Both the position numbers and the translations under genes were made by a program. Positions 20,957 to 31,097 of a stretch of DNA of 32,000 nucleotides are shown here, in pieces. The notes beneath the pieces are model-generated. The model was not told where the DNA came from, did not search any database, and saw only the letters and a list, made by a program, of their open reading frames with translations. The stretch comes from Idiomarina loihiensis L2TR (GTDB lineage: Bacteria > Pseudomonadota > Gammaproteobacteria > Enterobacterales > Alteromonadaceae), in NCBI RefSeq assembly GCF_000008465.1, contig NC_006512.1, positions 2,520,001 through 2,552,000 of the forward strand. The letters run 5' to 3'. Each line of letters opens with the position of its first letter. Positions within the stretch are counted from its first letter, which is position 1.

Positions 20957-22621
20957 TTAAACAAATTCATTATTCTTTGTTTTCGGGCGAGTGCGCCAGG
21001 CCATAAGGCCCAGCAGTACAGTGACAATACCCGCTCCAATCGTCACTTCTGAAAGCTCAGTCTGGTTCCAGAGCAGTGTCGTACAAATTAAGCCGCTGCC
21101 GGTTAACACAGTCCAGAACAGCGACGTCGATGCTTGTCTTTGTGTTAATAGCTGCTGCTTACGTAACTCTCGCTCGCGCTCATCAATATTATGTTGTTGA
21201 CGAAGGTTTTCATACAACATCATTGGCATTTCCGGCAGTTTTTCCGCCCAGTACGGCGCGTTCTCTTTTACCGACCGCACAATCGCGCGCCAGCCCAGCT
21301 GTTCCTTCATCCAGCGTTCAAGGAAGGGTTTGGCGGTTTTCCATAAATCCAGCTCCGGGTACAACTGACGCCCCAAACCTTCAATGTACAACAGGGTTTT
21401 CTGCAGTAATACCAGCTGCGGCTGAACTTCCATCTCAAAGCGTCGCGCCGTATTAAATAAGTTAATCAGCACATGCCCGAATGAAATTTCCGCCAACGGC
21501 TTCTCAAAAATAGGTTCACAAACCGTTCTTATGGCAGACTCAAACTCTTCAATATTGGTGTGTTTGGGGACCCAGCCTGAATCAACATGCAGCTCCGCAA
21601 CTTTGCGGTAATCGCGGTTAAAAAATGCCAAAAAGTTTTCAGCTAAATAACGTTTGTCGTCGCGGTTCAGAGTTCCGACAATACCAAAATCAATACCAAT
21701 GTAGCGCGGATTCAATGGGTCATCTTTCGCCACAAAAATGTTGCCAGGGTGCATATCGGCATGGAAAAAACTGTCGCGGAATACCTGAGTGAAAAAGACT
21801 TCAACGCCCCGCTCAGCCAGTTTTTTCATATCTACGCCGCGGGCTTTCAAGGTGGCAATATCACTCACCGGAATGCCATCAATACGTTCCATTACCATCA
21901 CGTTGTGGCGGCTGTAGTCGCTGTAAACCACCGGAATGTATAACATGTCGGAGTTTTCAAAGTTGCGCTTCAGCTGTATCGCGTTACCGGCTTCGCGCAT
22001 TAAGTCCAGCTCATCCAGCAGGGTTTTGCGATACTCTTTAACCACTTCTTTAGGCTTTAAGCGCCGCCCGTCGGGTAAATGGTGCGCAGCTACCGAGGCC
22101 AGGGTTTCCATCAATTCTAAATCCGCATTAATGGTCTCGCGGATATCCGGACGAATAACTTTTATAACAATATCCGTTAGCTCACCGTCTCTGGTTTTCA
22201 GTTTCCCAGTATGCACCTGAGCGATTGACGCTGAGGCTAAAGGCGTTGTGTCAAAATCTGCAAAACAGTCATGGATGCTCTGCAAGCCTAAGGACTTTTC
22301 GATAATACGCTGTGCGGCATGACCATCGAAAGGAGGAACTTTGTCCTGCAGGCGTGCCAGTTCAATTGCAATATCAGGCGGTAATAAGTCGCGGCGGGTT
22401 GAGAGCATTTGCCCGAACTTGACCCACACCGGGCCCAGCTCTTCCAGTGCCAGTCTTAAACGCACACCGGCAGGCTTGTCTTTATGCTTATTAGGCAACC
22501 AGAAAAAAGCATGGCGGCCTAAACGGATAGTCCAGGGCAACCAACCCGCAGGGATAAGATCATCTAACCCGTAACTCAGTAGTGTTTTGGTGATTTTGTA
22601 AAAGCGGCGCGTCCGCATCAT
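20957..22621 (-). CDS. ubiB: Ubiquinone biosynthesis regulatory protein kinase-like UbiB (ABC1/AarF family)
   Basis: 554 aa. '[11 protein letters not shown]', '[20 protein letters not shown]' and 'ASIAQVH' are UbiB hallmarks. There are two C-terminal TM helices. The start overlaps the ubiJ stop by 1 nt. Confidence 0.95.
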   Translation of the reverse strand: MMRTRRFYKITKTLLSYGLDDLIPAGWLPWTIRLGRHAFFWLPNKHKDKPAGVRLRLALEELGPVWVKFGQMLSTRRDLLPPDIAIELARLQDKVPPFDGHAAQRIIEKSLGLQSIHDCFADFDTTPLASASIAQVHTGKLKTRDGELTDIVIKVIRPDIRETINADLELMETLASVAAHHLPDGRRLKPKEVVKEYRKTLLDELDLMREAGNAIQLKRNFENSDMLYIPVVYSDYSRHNVMVMERIDGIPVSDIATLKARGVDMKKLAERGVEVFFTQVFRDSFFHADMHPGNIFVAKDDPLNPRYIGIDFGIVGTLNRDDKRYLAENFLAFFNRDYRKVAELHVDSGWVPKHTNIEEFESAIRTVCEPIFEKPLAEISFGHVLINLFNTARRFEMEVQPQLVLLQKTLLYIEGLGRQLYPELDLWKTAKPFLERWMKEQLGWRAIVRSVKENAPYWAEKLPEMPMMLYENLRQQHNIDERERELRKQQLLTQRQASTSLFWTVLTGSGLICTTLLWNQTELSEVTIGAGIVTVLLGLMAWRTRPKTKNNEFV

Positions 22622-23226
22622 TAACCCTTCTTCTCACGACACTGGCGTTCAAGGCGCTCGATTTGAGCCCGCAGCTGTTGTAAATCGGTTTTAAACTGGT
22701 CAAATTCAGCTCTTACCGGTAATAATTTCTTCTCTTCGGTCAACACACCATGCACCCAGCGCTGCTGCTGTTGCCAATGTGTTTTTACCTGCTCACGGCT
22801 ACGTCGCCACAGCTTTCCCAGCCAGTAGGCAGGCGCGTCACCAACGGTTTTCGCGAGCTCAGCTTCCCAGTCAACGTTCAGCGACTTAAACAAGCTAACC
22901 ACTTGTTGCGCCAGCATGGGGTCACCATCAATATCCAGTAAGTCCGCTTTTATCAGCCGCGTGAGGTTAGCGGTATCCTGCAACTCCGGCAATACACCCA
23001 TTTCTGTTGCAATACGGCAATCTACTTCGCTGTCATCAGAGGTACTAAGCTGAACACCATGGGCATCGACACTCACAGTGACTTCAAAGGGCAGTTCCTT
23101 CAGATGAAAACGCAGGCGCTTACCGTCCAGCCGCCGCAAACGTTCCGCCGATTCCGGGTCACGGTGCAGCACATTGTTTGCTAACTTCTCGACCAACAAG
23201 ATTGGAATAAGCGGTAATAACGTCAT
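22621..23226 (-). CDS. ubiJ: Ubiquinone biosynthesis accessory factor UbiJ (YigP, SCP2 domain)
   Basis: 201 aa between ubiE and ubiB, as in E. coli. It has an SCP2-like N-terminal domain and a C-terminal coiled coil ('[14 protein letters not shown]'). It has 1-nt overlaps at both ends. Confidence 0.8.
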   Translation of the reverse strand: MTLLPLIPILLVEKLANNVLHRDPESAERLRRLDGKRLRFHLKELPFEVTVSVDAHGVQLSTSDDSEVDCRIATEMGVLPELQDTANLTRLIKADLLDIDGDPMLAQQVVSLFKSLNVDWEAELAKTVGDAPAYWLGKLWRRSREQVKTHWQQQQRWVHGVLTEEKKLLPVRAEFDQFKTDLQQLRAQIERLERQCREKKG

Positions 23227-23981
23227 CAGAACTTATACCCTCGGTGCAGTGCAACCACGCCACCAGTCATGTTCTGGTAGTCGACTTTTTCGTAACCAGC
23301 TGCTTCCATCATTGACTTCAGTGTTTCCTGGTCCGGGTGCATACGGATAGATTCCGCCAAATACTGATAGCTGTCAGAGTCGTTAGCAACAACCTGCCCC
23401 ATTTTTGGCAAAATGTTGAACGAATAAAAGTCGTACACCTGATTCAAGGTAGCCGATACCGGCTTAGAAAATTCAAGAATTAATACCCGACCGCCAGGTT
23501 TCAGTACCCGCAACATAGAGCGAAGAGCTTTGTCTTTGTCGGTGACATTGCGCAAACCAAAAGCAATGGTAATAACATCAAAGGTATTGTCATCAAACGG
23601 AAGTTCTTCCGCGTCAGCCTGCACGTAACGAACATTGCCAATAATGCCTCTGTCACGCAGCTTGTCACGACCCACTTTCAGCATAGCGTCGTTAATATCG
23701 GCCAGCACAACTTCGCCCTCAGCACCAACACGGCGTGAGAACTGAGCCGTTAAGTCGCCAGTTCCGCCGGCAATATCCAATACTTTCATACCACGGCGAA
23801 CACCACTGCAGTCAATGGTATAACGCTTCCATAAACGATGAATACCAAACGACATTAAGTCGTTCATAACATCATATTTTGCCGCTACCGACTGAAAGAC
23901 ATCAGCGACCAGGTTTTTTTTCTGATTACGGGCGACTTTTTGATACCCAAAATCAATGGATTCTTCGTTTTTATCGTTCAT
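23226..23981 (-). CDS. ubiE: Demethylmenaquinone / ubiquinone C-methyltransferase UbiE
   Basis: 251 aa with the SAM motif '[11 protein letters not shown]' and the conserved '[18 protein letters not shown]' and 'FGLRNVTDK' blocks. Confidence 0.95.
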   Translation of the reverse strand: MNDKNEESIDFGYQKVARNQKKNLVADVFQSVAAKYDVMNDLMSFGIHRLWKRYTIDCSGVRRGMKVLDIAGGTGDLTAQFSRRVGAEGEVVLADINDAMLKVGRDKLRDRGIIGNVRYVQADAEELPFDDNTFDVITIAFGLRNVTDKDKALRSMLRVLKPGGRVLILEFSKPVSATLNQVYDFYSFNILPKMGQVVANDSDSYQYLAESIRMHPDQETLKSMMEAAGYEKVDYQNMTGGVVALHRGYKF

Positions 23982-24022
23982 TCAACTATCCCGAACTGAT
24001 TTTGTACTAGTGTACTTGATGA

Positions 24023-26104
24023 TCACACCTGAGCATAGTGGTCACGACGCGGTAACCAACGCTCAATTAGCGCTTCTGCGCTTTGCGGATAATGCTCTAA
24101 TACGTGCTGAGCAATATTTTGGGCTTCTGGTATTAACGCTTCATCGCGCTCTAAGTCAGCCACTTTTAATTCAGCTAACCCTGTCTGCCGGTGGCCTAGC
24201 AATTCACCCGGCCCACGAATTTCCAGATCGCGCTGTGCAATCACAAAACCGTCGTTACTTTCGCGTAAAACGCCCAGCCTCTGCTGTGCAGTTTGCGATA
24301 ACGGACTGTGATACAGCAGCACGCAATGACTGGCTACAGAGCCCCGGCCAACGCGGCCGCGCAACTGGTGTAACTGAGCTAAGCCCAGCCGTTCCGGGTT
24401 TTCAATAATCATGAGCGACGCGTTGGGAACATCCACCCCAACCTCTATGACCGTCGTTGCGACCAATAAGTCAATATCACCCGCTTTAAACGCCTGCATC
24501 ACCTGTTCTTTCTGCTCATGTTTAAGCCGGCCATGCACCAGGCCAATACTCAAGCCCGGCAATTGCTCCTGCAAGTCATTGGCGGTGTCTTCTGCCGCCT
24601 GACATTCAAGTACATCGGACTCTTCAATAAGGGTACAAACCCAATACGCCTGACGGCCTTCAGTGGCACAGACCTCCCGCACACGCTCCACAATTTGTTC
24701 CCGACGGGTATCCGGAATGGCAACCGTGGTTACCGGTGTGCGTCCGGGCGGCAATTCATCAATAACTGATGTGGCTAAATCCGCATACGCTGTCATAGCC
24801 AAAGTTCGCGGGATGGGTGTTGCAGTCATAATTAACTGGTGAGGATGCACGCCGGCCTGAACGCCTTTTTCGCGTAATTGTAACCGCTGGTGCACACCAA
24901 AACGGTGCTGTTCGTCAATAATCACCAATGCCAGGCGCCGATACTCAACATCCGCCTGAAACAACGCGTGGGTACCAACCAGTAAATGAATATCTCCCTG
25001 CTTTAACTGTGCCAGCAATTCCCGACGGGACTTACCTTTGGATTTGCCGCTCAACCAAGCGACATTAATACCCAGGGGCATCAGCCACTGGCTAAAAGTA
25101 ATGGCGTGCTGTTCAGACAAAAGCTCGGTCGGCGCCATTAAAGCCACCTGATATCCAGCTTCAATGGCTGCCAGAGCGCTGAGCGCAGCAACCAGAGTTT
25201 TGCCTGAGCCGACATCACCCTGCACCAGTCGCATCATTGGCTGACCTTGCGCCATATCGCTGGTAATTTCTTTCACCACTCTTGTCTGCGCGCCAGTGGG
25301 TGAAAACGGCAACTGCTTTAAAAATGCCTCTTGTAACGCACCATTGCCTTTTATGGTAAAGCCCGCCTGAGCCTGTCGAGCCTGGCGTAACTGCAGCAAA
25401 CTTAACTGGTGAGCAATAAGTTCTTCCGATGCCAGGCGCTGCTGCGCGGGATGCTCGCCTTGCTCCAGCAGTGCCAGGGGAACATCCACCGGCGGCCGGT
25501 GCAGAGTCAAAATAGCCTGCTCTAAAGAAAGTTGATGGGGTCTTAAATTTTCAGGCAGCAGTTCAGGTAAAGAGCCGGGCTGAAGGTACGTCAGTGCCTG
25601 CTCGATGATCTTGCGCAAAATTCCCTGAGTCACGCCTTCTGTCATGGGGTAGACCGGCGTCAGAGTTTCCTGCATATTCAATGGCTCGCCAGCTTTGACC
25701 ATTCGGTACTCGGGGTGAACCATCTCCCAGCCGGTCATGCCCCGACGCACTTCGCCAAAGGCTAGTAACTGCGTGCCTTGTGCGAATTGCTTTAGCTGAG
25801 CCGCGCTAAATTGAAAAAACCGCAGACTGATACTGCCGGTTTCGTCGCTGGCCTGACAAATCAGCATACGCTTACGACCGTACTTGATATCGGCGTGCCG
25901 CACCGTGACCAAAACATTGGTCGCCACACCCGCACGTAAATTTGCAACGTCAGTTACCTGAGTACGATCCTCGTACCGCAACGGCAGATGCAACAGTGCA
26001 TCACTGACAGAGGCTAAGCCAAGCTTGCGCAGCTTAACCGCAACCTTTTCGCCCACACCTTTAAGTACCGTCAGTGGAATGTGCTGCAGTCCTTTTACCG
26101 CCAC
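24023..26104 (-). CDS. recG: ATP-dependent DNA helicase RecG
   Basis: 693 aa with a wedge domain followed by SF2 helicase motifs 'GDVGSGKT', 'DEQHRFG' and 'QLRGRVGRG'. It follows trmH as in E. coli. Confidence 0.97.
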   Translation of the reverse strand: MAVKGLQHIPLTVLKGVGEKVAVKLRKLGLASVSDALLHLPLRYEDRTQVTDVANLRAGVATNVLVTVRHADIKYGRKRMLICQASDETGSISLRFFQFSAAQLKQFAQGTQLLAFGEVRRGMTGWEMVHPEYRMVKAGEPLNMQETLTPVYPMTEGVTQGILRKIIEQALTYLQPGSLPELLPENLRPHQLSLEQAILTLHRPPVDVPLALLEQGEHPAQQRLASEELIAHQLSLLQLRQARQAQAGFTIKGNGALQEAFLKQLPFSPTGAQTRVVKEITSDMAQGQPMMRLVQGDVGSGKTLVAALSALAAIEAGYQVALMAPTELLSEQHAITFSQWLMPLGINVAWLSGKSKGKSRRELLAQLKQGDIHLLVGTHALFQADVEYRRLALVIIDEQHRFGVHQRLQLREKGVQAGVHPHQLIMTATPIPRTLAMTAYADLATSVIDELPPGRTPVTTVAIPDTRREQIVERVREVCATEGRQAYWVCTLIEESDVLECQAAEDTANDLQEQLPGLSIGLVHGRLKHEQKEQVMQAFKAGDIDLLVATTVIEVGVDVPNASLMIIENPERLGLAQLHQLRGRVGRGSVASHCVLLYHSPLSQTAQQRLGVLRESNDGFVIAQRDLEIRGPGELLGHRQTGLAELKVADLERDEALIPEAQNIAQHVLEHYPQSAEALIERWLPRRDHYAQV

Positions 26105-26113
26105 CTTTGCTCC

Positions 26114-26794
26114 TTATCTTGCGCGCATCGCCAGCCACCAGGCTTCATCAGCGACAATTTGTCCATTTTCATCCAGCTCCGGGTAAGGCATATTCTTACG
26201 TTTACACGCCTTTGCATAAATTGGATGACCACCTTCAAATAACACCCTGTGCCGCTCTTCGGCGCTGATATGTGTTTTATCGTATAAGCCAGCCTGCTCT
26301 CGTTGTCGCTGCGCTTCATACAGCATCACCGCGCCAGCAACAGAGACATTCAGTGACTGTACCATGCCTACCATAGGAATCATTACGTGATAATCAGCAA
26401 TATCCAAAGCTTCATCGGTAACACCATACTTTTCCTGCCCCAACAGAATTGCAGTTGGTTTGGTGTAATCCACTTCACGAAAATCCACCGAGTGTTCCGA
26501 CAAGTGAGTCACTACAACCTGCATACCCCGACCTTGAGTTGCCTCAAGCGCTTCACCAACCGTTTTATGATTATGGATTTTCACCCAGTTTTGACTGCCC
26601 AAAGCTGTACCACCCGACAAACGCGCCTTTTTGGTCAGCCATATGGCGTGCATTTCATGTACACCTATCGCATCTGCTGAGCGAACCACCGCAGACAAGT
26701 TATGGTTTTTATGCACGTTCTCCATGACAACGGTAAGGTCTGGCTGACGTTTGTCCAACATTTGGTTAATTCGTTGATATCGTTCAGGACTCAT
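26114..26794 (-). CDS. trmH: tRNA (guanosine(18)-2'-O)-methyltransferase TrmH (SpoU)
   Basis: 226 aa. SPOUT motifs are 'NHNLSAVVRSADAIGV', 'LLGQEKYGV' and 'IPMVGMVQSLNVSVAGAV'. It lies 9 nt upstream of recG. Confidence 0.9.
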   Translation of the reverse strand: MSPERYQRINQMLDKRQPDLTVVMENVHKNHNLSAVVRSADAIGVHEMHAIWLTKKARLSGGTALGSQNWVKIHNHKTVGEALEATQGRGMQVVVTHLSEHSVDFREVDYTKPTAILLGQEKYGVTDEALDIADYHVMIPMVGMVQSLNVSVAGAVMLYEAQRQREQAGLYDKTHISAEERHRVLFEGGHPIYAKACKRKNMPYPELDENGQIVADEAWWLAMRAR

Positions 26795-26890
26795 TGCTTT
26801 TTTATGAAAATAGGACTAGATATAAGCAGTATACCCGAGAGATTCGGTCAGAACTAACCCTATGCTCCACTCAGGATAATAAGAATAACA

Positions 26891-28099
26891 ATGTCGTACT
26901 CCTACATTGCGCGGCAACCTATTTTAACCAGAGACCAAAAAGTTTTTGGTTATGAACTGCTGTTCCGCAACAGTACTGAAAACAGTTTTCCGAATATTGA
27001 TCCTAACGAGGCCACCTCTAAACTGCTTTTGCAGCAACATTTACTGGGTGACATTCAGACGCTTTGTATGGGAAAGCAGGCATTTATCAATTTTCATGCC
27101 CGTACTTTGCTAAATGACTTCCCTTCTTTCCTCAACGCCCGCACAGTGTGGGTAGAGCTACTGGAAACCGTGGGGGTTGATGCGCCTTTATTAGAAGCAT
27201 GCAGTGCCACTCGCGCCAAAGGTTACCGAATTGCATTGGATGATCATGATTTTGCCGGGCAATGGGAACCTCTCATTCCTATGATCAACATGGTGAAAGT
27301 TGATATCCAGGAGCAAGGTTTAGAGCTTGATGAAAAAATTCGCTTCTTTAAAGAAAAGGGCGTTCCACTGCTCGCGGAACGGGTTGAAACCCGGAGCGAG
27401 TTCGAGCGTTGCCTGGAGTTAGGCTTTGATTATTTTCAGGGCTTTTTCTTCGAAAAGCCGCAAATAGTCCAGCAGAAATCACTCGCGCCTAACCGCATTA
27501 GTATGCTGACATTGTTGTCTGAGGCGCATAAAAAAGAGCTCGACTTAGATACCATACGACAGGCCATTGAGCAGGACTTATCACTCACTTATAGCTTGCT
27601 TAAACTGGTCAACAGCGCACTATACGGCGGCCGCAAGAAGATTGAAAACATCCAGCATGCCCTGGTCTATTTGGGGACTACCGAAATTCGCCGTTTTATC
27701 ACTCTGATTGTTTTAGCTAATGTGTCAGCAGGGCCGCCTGAAGAGTTGACCATTAAATCGGTCACCCGAGCGCGCTTTATGGAATTGGTTACGGTTGAAA
27801 TTCTTAACGAAAAGCACCGTTCCAGTGCTTTTTTAACAGGCATGCTGTCATTACTGGATATCATTTTGGGCGTATCTATGCAGGAGGTGCTTAGACAGCT
27901 TCCGTTGTCTTCAGAAATTACCAAAGCATTGAAAAACCGCGAGGGTGTATGGGGATATCTGCTGCAAATGACCGAGCTTTATGAGCGCGGCGAGTGGGAA
28001 GCTCTGGATAAGCACCCGCTAAAACAAAAATTGAACGGCACCGATATTGGCCAGCTTTATATCGATGCCAGCCAATGGTGCCGTTTAGCCCTGTTCTAA
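26891..28099 (+). CDS. EAL-HDOD two-domain signalling protein (compact EAL domain plus HDOD)
   Basis: 402 aa. The N-terminus is EAL-like ('ARQPILTRDQKVFGYELLFR', 'INFH', 'WVELLET', 'IALDDHDF', 'MVKVD', 'LLAERVET', 'FQGFFF'). An HDOD-type helical domain follows ('LLKLVNSALYGGRKKIENIQHALVYLG'). Confidence 0.8.
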   Translation: MSYSYIARQPILTRDQKVFGYELLFRNSTENSFPNIDPNEATSKLLLQQHLLGDIQTLCMGKQAFINFHARTLLNDFPSFLNARTVWVELLETVGVDAPLLEACSATRAKGYRIALDDHDFAGQWEPLIPMINMVKVDIQEQGLELDEKIRFFKEKGVPLLAERVETRSEFERCLELGFDYFQGFFFEKPQIVQQKSLAPNRISMLTLLSEAHKKELDLDTIRQAIEQDLSLTYSLLKLVNSALYGGRKKIENIQHALVYLGTTEIRRFITLIVLANVSAGPPEELTIKSVTRARFMELVTVEILNEKHRSSAFLTGMLSLLDIILGVSMQEVLRQLPLSSEITKALKNREGVWGYLLQMTELYERGEWEALDKHPLKQKLNGTDIGQLYIDASQWCRLALF

Positions 28100-28104
28100 A
28101 TGCC

Positions 28105-29634
28105 TTAGCTCATCCGTTTACGAGAAACTTCATAGATATCCGTACGACGATCCTTTTTATTGGTCACTGAACCTTCATGGTGCAAATAACGCAGCTCATC
28201 CAGATTTAAGTCTGAGAACATTAGCATTTCCGTGTTCGGCGTGGTCTCCGACATGATCGCGTCATGCGGGAAGGCGAAATCCGAAGGAGAGAATACTGCC
28301 GACTGCGCATATTGCACATCCAGACTTTCCACTTCAGGCAAGTTGCCCACGCTACCGCAAATCACCACATAACACTCGTTCTCTACCGCACGGGCCTGAG
28401 CGCAATGTCGTACACGCAGGTAGGCGTTACGGGTATCGGTCCAGAACGGTACAAACAGAATTTCTAATCCTTCGTCCGCCATTATGCGGCCCAGTTCAGG
28501 GAACTCCACGTCATAGCAAATTAAAATGCCAATGCGTCCGGCGTCGGTATCGAACACTTTAACTTCGTTGCCGCCTTCAATGACCCAGTCGCGCTTTTCG
28601 TGCGGGGTAATATGCAATTTGTACTGCTCTTCTACCGAGCCATCGCGACGACACAAATACGAGACGTTATAAATACTATCTCCGTCCTGCACCGGCATCG
28701 ACCCGGTAATAATATTGACGTTATAGCTCACCGCCATTTGCGACATTTCACGCTTAAACAGATCGGTGTACCCAGCCAGAAAACGAATCGCATCCATTTG
28801 CTGGCTCTGGTCAGTTAACCCCATTAACGGCGCATTGAAAAACTCCGGGAAGACGGCAAAGTCACTTTGATAACCCGACAGAGCATCAACAAAGTATTCC
28901 ACCTGCTTCAGTAGTTCTTCTACCGACTCCACCGAGCGCATTTGCCACTGCACCGCTCCTACACGGACGTTCTGAATACGAGTTGTCAGAATATTGTCTG
29001 AAGGCTCGTACAGGAAGTTATTCCACTCCAGCAATGTGGCAAAGCCGCGTGACTTTTTATCTTCCGGAAGATACTTACCCAACAGGCGTTTTACGCTAAA
29101 GTCATTAGCCAACTGAAAGGTCAGAATCGGGTCATAAATTTCGCGCCGCTGCACTTTGTCCAGATACTGGCTTGGTGTTAGTTCATTTGCATATTTGTGA
29201 TAATTCACAATACGACCACCGGCCAGAATAGCGCGCAGGTTGGCCTGTCGGCACAGCTCTTTACGTGCATCGTACAAGCGACGCCCCAGACGATAACCGC
29301 GATACTCCGGATGAATTAAGACATCCAGCCCATAAAGCGCGTCACCTTTTTTATTGTTAAGAATGGCCTCTCTGTGACCAATTAAATCGTCATAGGCGTG
29401 AGGGTTAGAAAACTTGGTGTAGGCCACCTTAACCGTTAAGGCGACACCGACAATGCGGCCATTATCTTCCAGACAAAACTGACCTTCAGAAAAATCTTTT
29501 ATCAGCTTTTCTATAGTGAACTGGCTCCAGGAGCCGCCTATGTCTGTATAGACAGCATCCATTAATTCTTTTAACTGTTCGTAATCTTCCAGCCGCAAAT
29601 TTCGTATTTGCAAATGCAGTTCATCGGGGCTCAT
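28105..29634 (-). CDS. Bifunctional-architecture GNAT N-acetyltransferase / carbon-nitrogen hydrolase (nitrilase superfamily) fusion protein
   Basis: 509 aa. The N-terminal region of about 210 aa is GNAT-like (motif A 'HPEYRGYRLGRRLY'). The C-terminal region of about 285 aa is a CN-hydrolase with an intact Glu-Lys-Cys triad context ('FAVFPEFF', 'YKLHITPHEK', 'GILICYDVEFPE'). Confidence 0.8.
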   Translation of the reverse strand: MSPDELHLQIRNLRLEDYEQLKELMDAVYTDIGGSWSQFTIEKLIKDFSEGQFCLEDNGRIVGVALTVKVAYTKFSNPHAYDDLIGHREAILNNKKGDALYGLDVLIHPEYRGYRLGRRLYDARKELCRQANLRAILAGGRIVNYHKYANELTPSQYLDKVQRREIYDPILTFQLANDFSVKRLLGKYLPEDKKSRGFATLLEWNNFLYEPSDNILTTRIQNVRVGAVQWQMRSVESVEELLKQVEYFVDALSGYQSDFAVFPEFFNAPLMGLTDQSQQMDAIRFLAGYTDLFKREMSQMAVSYNVNIITGSMPVQDGDSIYNVSYLCRRDGSVEEQYKLHITPHEKRDWVIEGGNEVKVFDTDAGRIGILICYDVEFPELGRIMADEGLEILFVPFWTDTRNAYLRVRHCAQARAVENECYVVICGSVGNLPEVESLDVQYAQSAVFSPSDFAFPHDAIMSETTPNTEMLMFSDLNLDELRYLHHEGSVTNKKDRRTDIYEVSRKRMS

Positions 29635-29756
29635 TATCTTTATCCTGATCTAAAACAACTTTACCGACAGTCTACACGTAATTGGAATAAGGTTGCATCA
29701 GGATAATTAGCTGTATAAACTTCTGGACGTCCAAATAAAAACAAGAAGGCTGACAC

Positions 29757-31097
29757 ATGACCAATGCTTCGCCACAACCGGCTAGCGCTAAAGCGCTGTT
29801 ACCTCTGGCTTTATTCTTGATCCTGTTCTTAGGAACCGGATTGTATTTTCAAAGCGAAGGGGTCGAATACGCGTTTTACCAATTACCCAGCCCGGTTGCG
29901 ATTCTGCCGGCCATAGTCCTTGGTATTTTACTCAGTAAGCAGGCATTTGAAGAGCGCATCGAAACCTTCGTTGGCGGCGTTGGCGACAACAACATTATTA
30001 CCATGTGTCTCATTTACTTGCTGGCGGGTGCGTTTTCGACGGTGGCAGAGGCAACCGGTGGGGTCGACGCGATGGTGGCACTTGGGCTAAATGTTATTCC
30101 GGCTTCTTTCCTGCTGCCCGGGTTGTTTATTATTGCCGGGGTTATCTCTACCGCTATGGGCACCTCTATGGGCACACTGGCGGCGCTGGCTCCGGTGGTT
30201 CTGGGCATTGGTGAAGCAACCGATATTAGTTTGCCGCTGCTGGCCGGGGTACTTGTTAGCGGTGCCATGTTTGGCGATAACTTATCCATTATTTCAGACA
30301 CCACCATTGCCGCGACTCGTACACAGGGCTGCACCATGCGGGACAAATTCCGCGCGAACTTAAAAATTGCCATACCCGCGGCTATCTTTACCGTAATTTG
30401 GTTAGTCACTTACGACACCAGCCAGGTGCCTTTAGAAATTCCGGAAGCTAACTTATGGCTATCATTACCTTATTTCATCATTATTGTTTTAGCGGTTATG
30501 GGGCTTAATGTTTTTGCCGTACTCGGGCTTGGCATTGTATTAGCAGCCGCTTTTGGCATGTTCACTGTCGACTACGAATGGGTGGCTTTTAGTCAGGATA
30601 TCTACGAAGGTTTTGGCAGTATGCAGGAAATCTTCCTGCTGTCGCTGCTCATTGGTGGCTTATCGGCGTTAATTCGTCAGCAAGGGGGACTCGCCTTCTT
30701 AGCGGGCTTTGTCGAAAGCGCAGCAAATAAGGTCAGTAAACACAAGCAGCGGGCATCGGCTATTGGTGTGGCCGCCCTGACAGCTCTGACAAATTTATGC
30801 GTCGCCAACAACACCGTCAGCATCTTATTGGCCGGAGAAGTTAGTAAACGCCTGGCCAAAGTGGGGAATTTAGCGCCGCGCCAAAGCGCCAGCTTATTGG
30901 ATATTTTTGCCTGCGTCGTGCAAGGAGCTTTGCCTTACGGAGCACAGGCATTATTGATGGGAGCCAGCTTTAAAATCTCGCCGCTATCGGTCAGTCTGCA
31001 TACGGGGTATTGCTTTATTCTGGCAGCCGTGGCTATTGCTATTATCATCTGGCGCCGCCCTCTGGAAGACAGAGAGCCAACACCGGAATCAGCTTAG
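29757..31097 (+). CDS. nhaC: NhaC-family Na+/H+ antiporter-like transporter
   Basis: 446 aa with about 11-12 TM segments and Gly/Ala-rich helices typical of the NhaC family ('LIYLLAGAFSTVAEATGG', 'FGDNLSIISDTTIAATRTQG'). The SD GAAGG precedes the ATG. Substrate is not inferable. Confidence 0.75.
   Translation: MTNASPQPASAKALLPLALFLILFLGTGLYFQSEGVEYAFYQLPSPVAILPAIVLGILLSKQAFEERIETFVGGVGDNNIITMCLIYLLAGAFSTVAEATGGVDAMVALGLNVIPASFLLPGLFIIAGVISTAMGTSMGTLAALAPVVLGIGEATDISLPLLAGVLVSGAMFGDNLSIISDTTIAATRTQGCTMRDKFRANLKIAIPAAIFTVIWLVTYDTSQVPLEIPEANLWLSLPYFIIIVLAVMGLNVFAVLGLGIVLAAAFGMFTVDYEWVAFSQDIYEGFGSMQEIFLLSLLIGGLSALIRQQGGLAFLAGFVESAANKVSKHKQRASAIGVAALTALTNLCVANNTVSILLAGEVSKRLAKVGNLAPRQSASLLDIFACVVQGALPYGAQALLMGASFKISPLSVSLHTGYCFILAAVAIAIIIWRRPLEDREPTPESA

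Noticed and set aside
21076-21456. A 126-aa + strand ORF inside ubiB. Similar antisense or off-frame ORFs lie at 30014-30409 (131 aa, in nhaC), 6595-6936 (113 aa, in pnuT) and 2519-2842 (107 aa, in trhO).
   Set aside because: All are embedded in better-supported genes. None has a recognisable motif or ribosome-binding site. I treat them as shadow ORFs.
23956-24408. A 150-aa + strand ORF spanning the ubiE start and the recG 3' end.
   Set aside because: It is entirely antisense to two strongly conserved genes. It has no SD, and its composition is low-complexity (Ala/Leu/Arg/Ser-rich) as expected from reverse-frame translation. An ORF of this length is expected by chance once or twice in 32 kb at about 48% GC.
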